DNA of 64,000 nucleotides from Schizochytrium sp. TIO01 (lineage: Eukaryota; Protista; Bigyra: Labyrinthulomycetes), in assembly GCA_004764695.1 (NCBI GenBank), contig SMSO01000033.1, forward strand, positions 620,001 to 684,000, in the 5' to 3' direction. Below the pieces are notes generated by a model. The model did not search any database, was not told the origin of the DNA, and worked only from the letters and a program-made list of their open reading frames with translations. The position numbers and the translations under genes were made by a program. Every line of letters begins with the position of its first letter. Positions within the stretch are counted from its first letter, which is position 1. Of the stretch, positions 63,589 to 64,000 are shown in pieces.

Positions 63589-64000
63589 GACGGTTGAGTA
63601 CAGCAACTCTGGCAACCGAAGATGGAGCGATGGTTAGGACGAAAGGGGAGTCCACCGGTTTTGCGGCTATGAACAGCCTGGCCTCAAAGTTTTGCCAGGG
63701 CCGCTATGCTGGTTGTGCCGCGGTTTCTGATTTGATTTTCTTGCGAAGTTTAGTTGTTCTGAAGAGAAACATTTTTCTAACCATCATTGTAAATAAACTG
63801 CTACGTATTGGATAGGAGGCAGTTAAGACTTGGGGAATGGTGAATTGAAGGGGACGAATTTATGGAATCGAATCGAGCATTGTCTGTGAGACCAGGCTGA
63901 GAAGAGCTTGGAAATTGAAATGCAAAGTGGAGTATAAGAACTGATGTAATCATTTGCGTCTTTCTCCTTTCTACAGGCCATAAATGGCTGTGAGGAGTGG

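Overview
Eukaryotic nuclear DNA: gene-dense and almost intron-free, with GC-richer genes and AT-rich spacers. IFT52 implies a flagellated stage. The intron poverty and gene families fit a stramenopile protist, most likely a thraustochytrid/labyrinthulomycete (inference). About 20 protein genes are supportable: a 5'-truncated giant peroxin-like gene, glutathionyl-hydroquinone reductase, a degenerate kinesin, DUF3228, AP endonuclease, a TPR-SKICH-HECT_2 protein, a divergent pair of small Cys-rich membrane paralogs, aspartyl aminopeptidase, a membrane-anchored TTL-family ligase, a RING-less GIDE protein, an ankyrin protein, IFT52, RRP7, a PPP1R36-like protein, DUF1769, Churchill and an FHA protein. 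There are also several microsatellites, a (CATTG)n satellite and some decayed ORFs. No rRNA, tRNA, CRISPR array or intact transposon was recognised. The standout is the first gene: about 13 tandem Pex14 N-terminal (Pex5 WxxxF/Y-binding) domains fused to a Pex8-like helical domain ending in a PTS1 (-CRL), suggesting an unusual peroxisomal import module. All family assignments come from motif recognition by eye; no searches were run.
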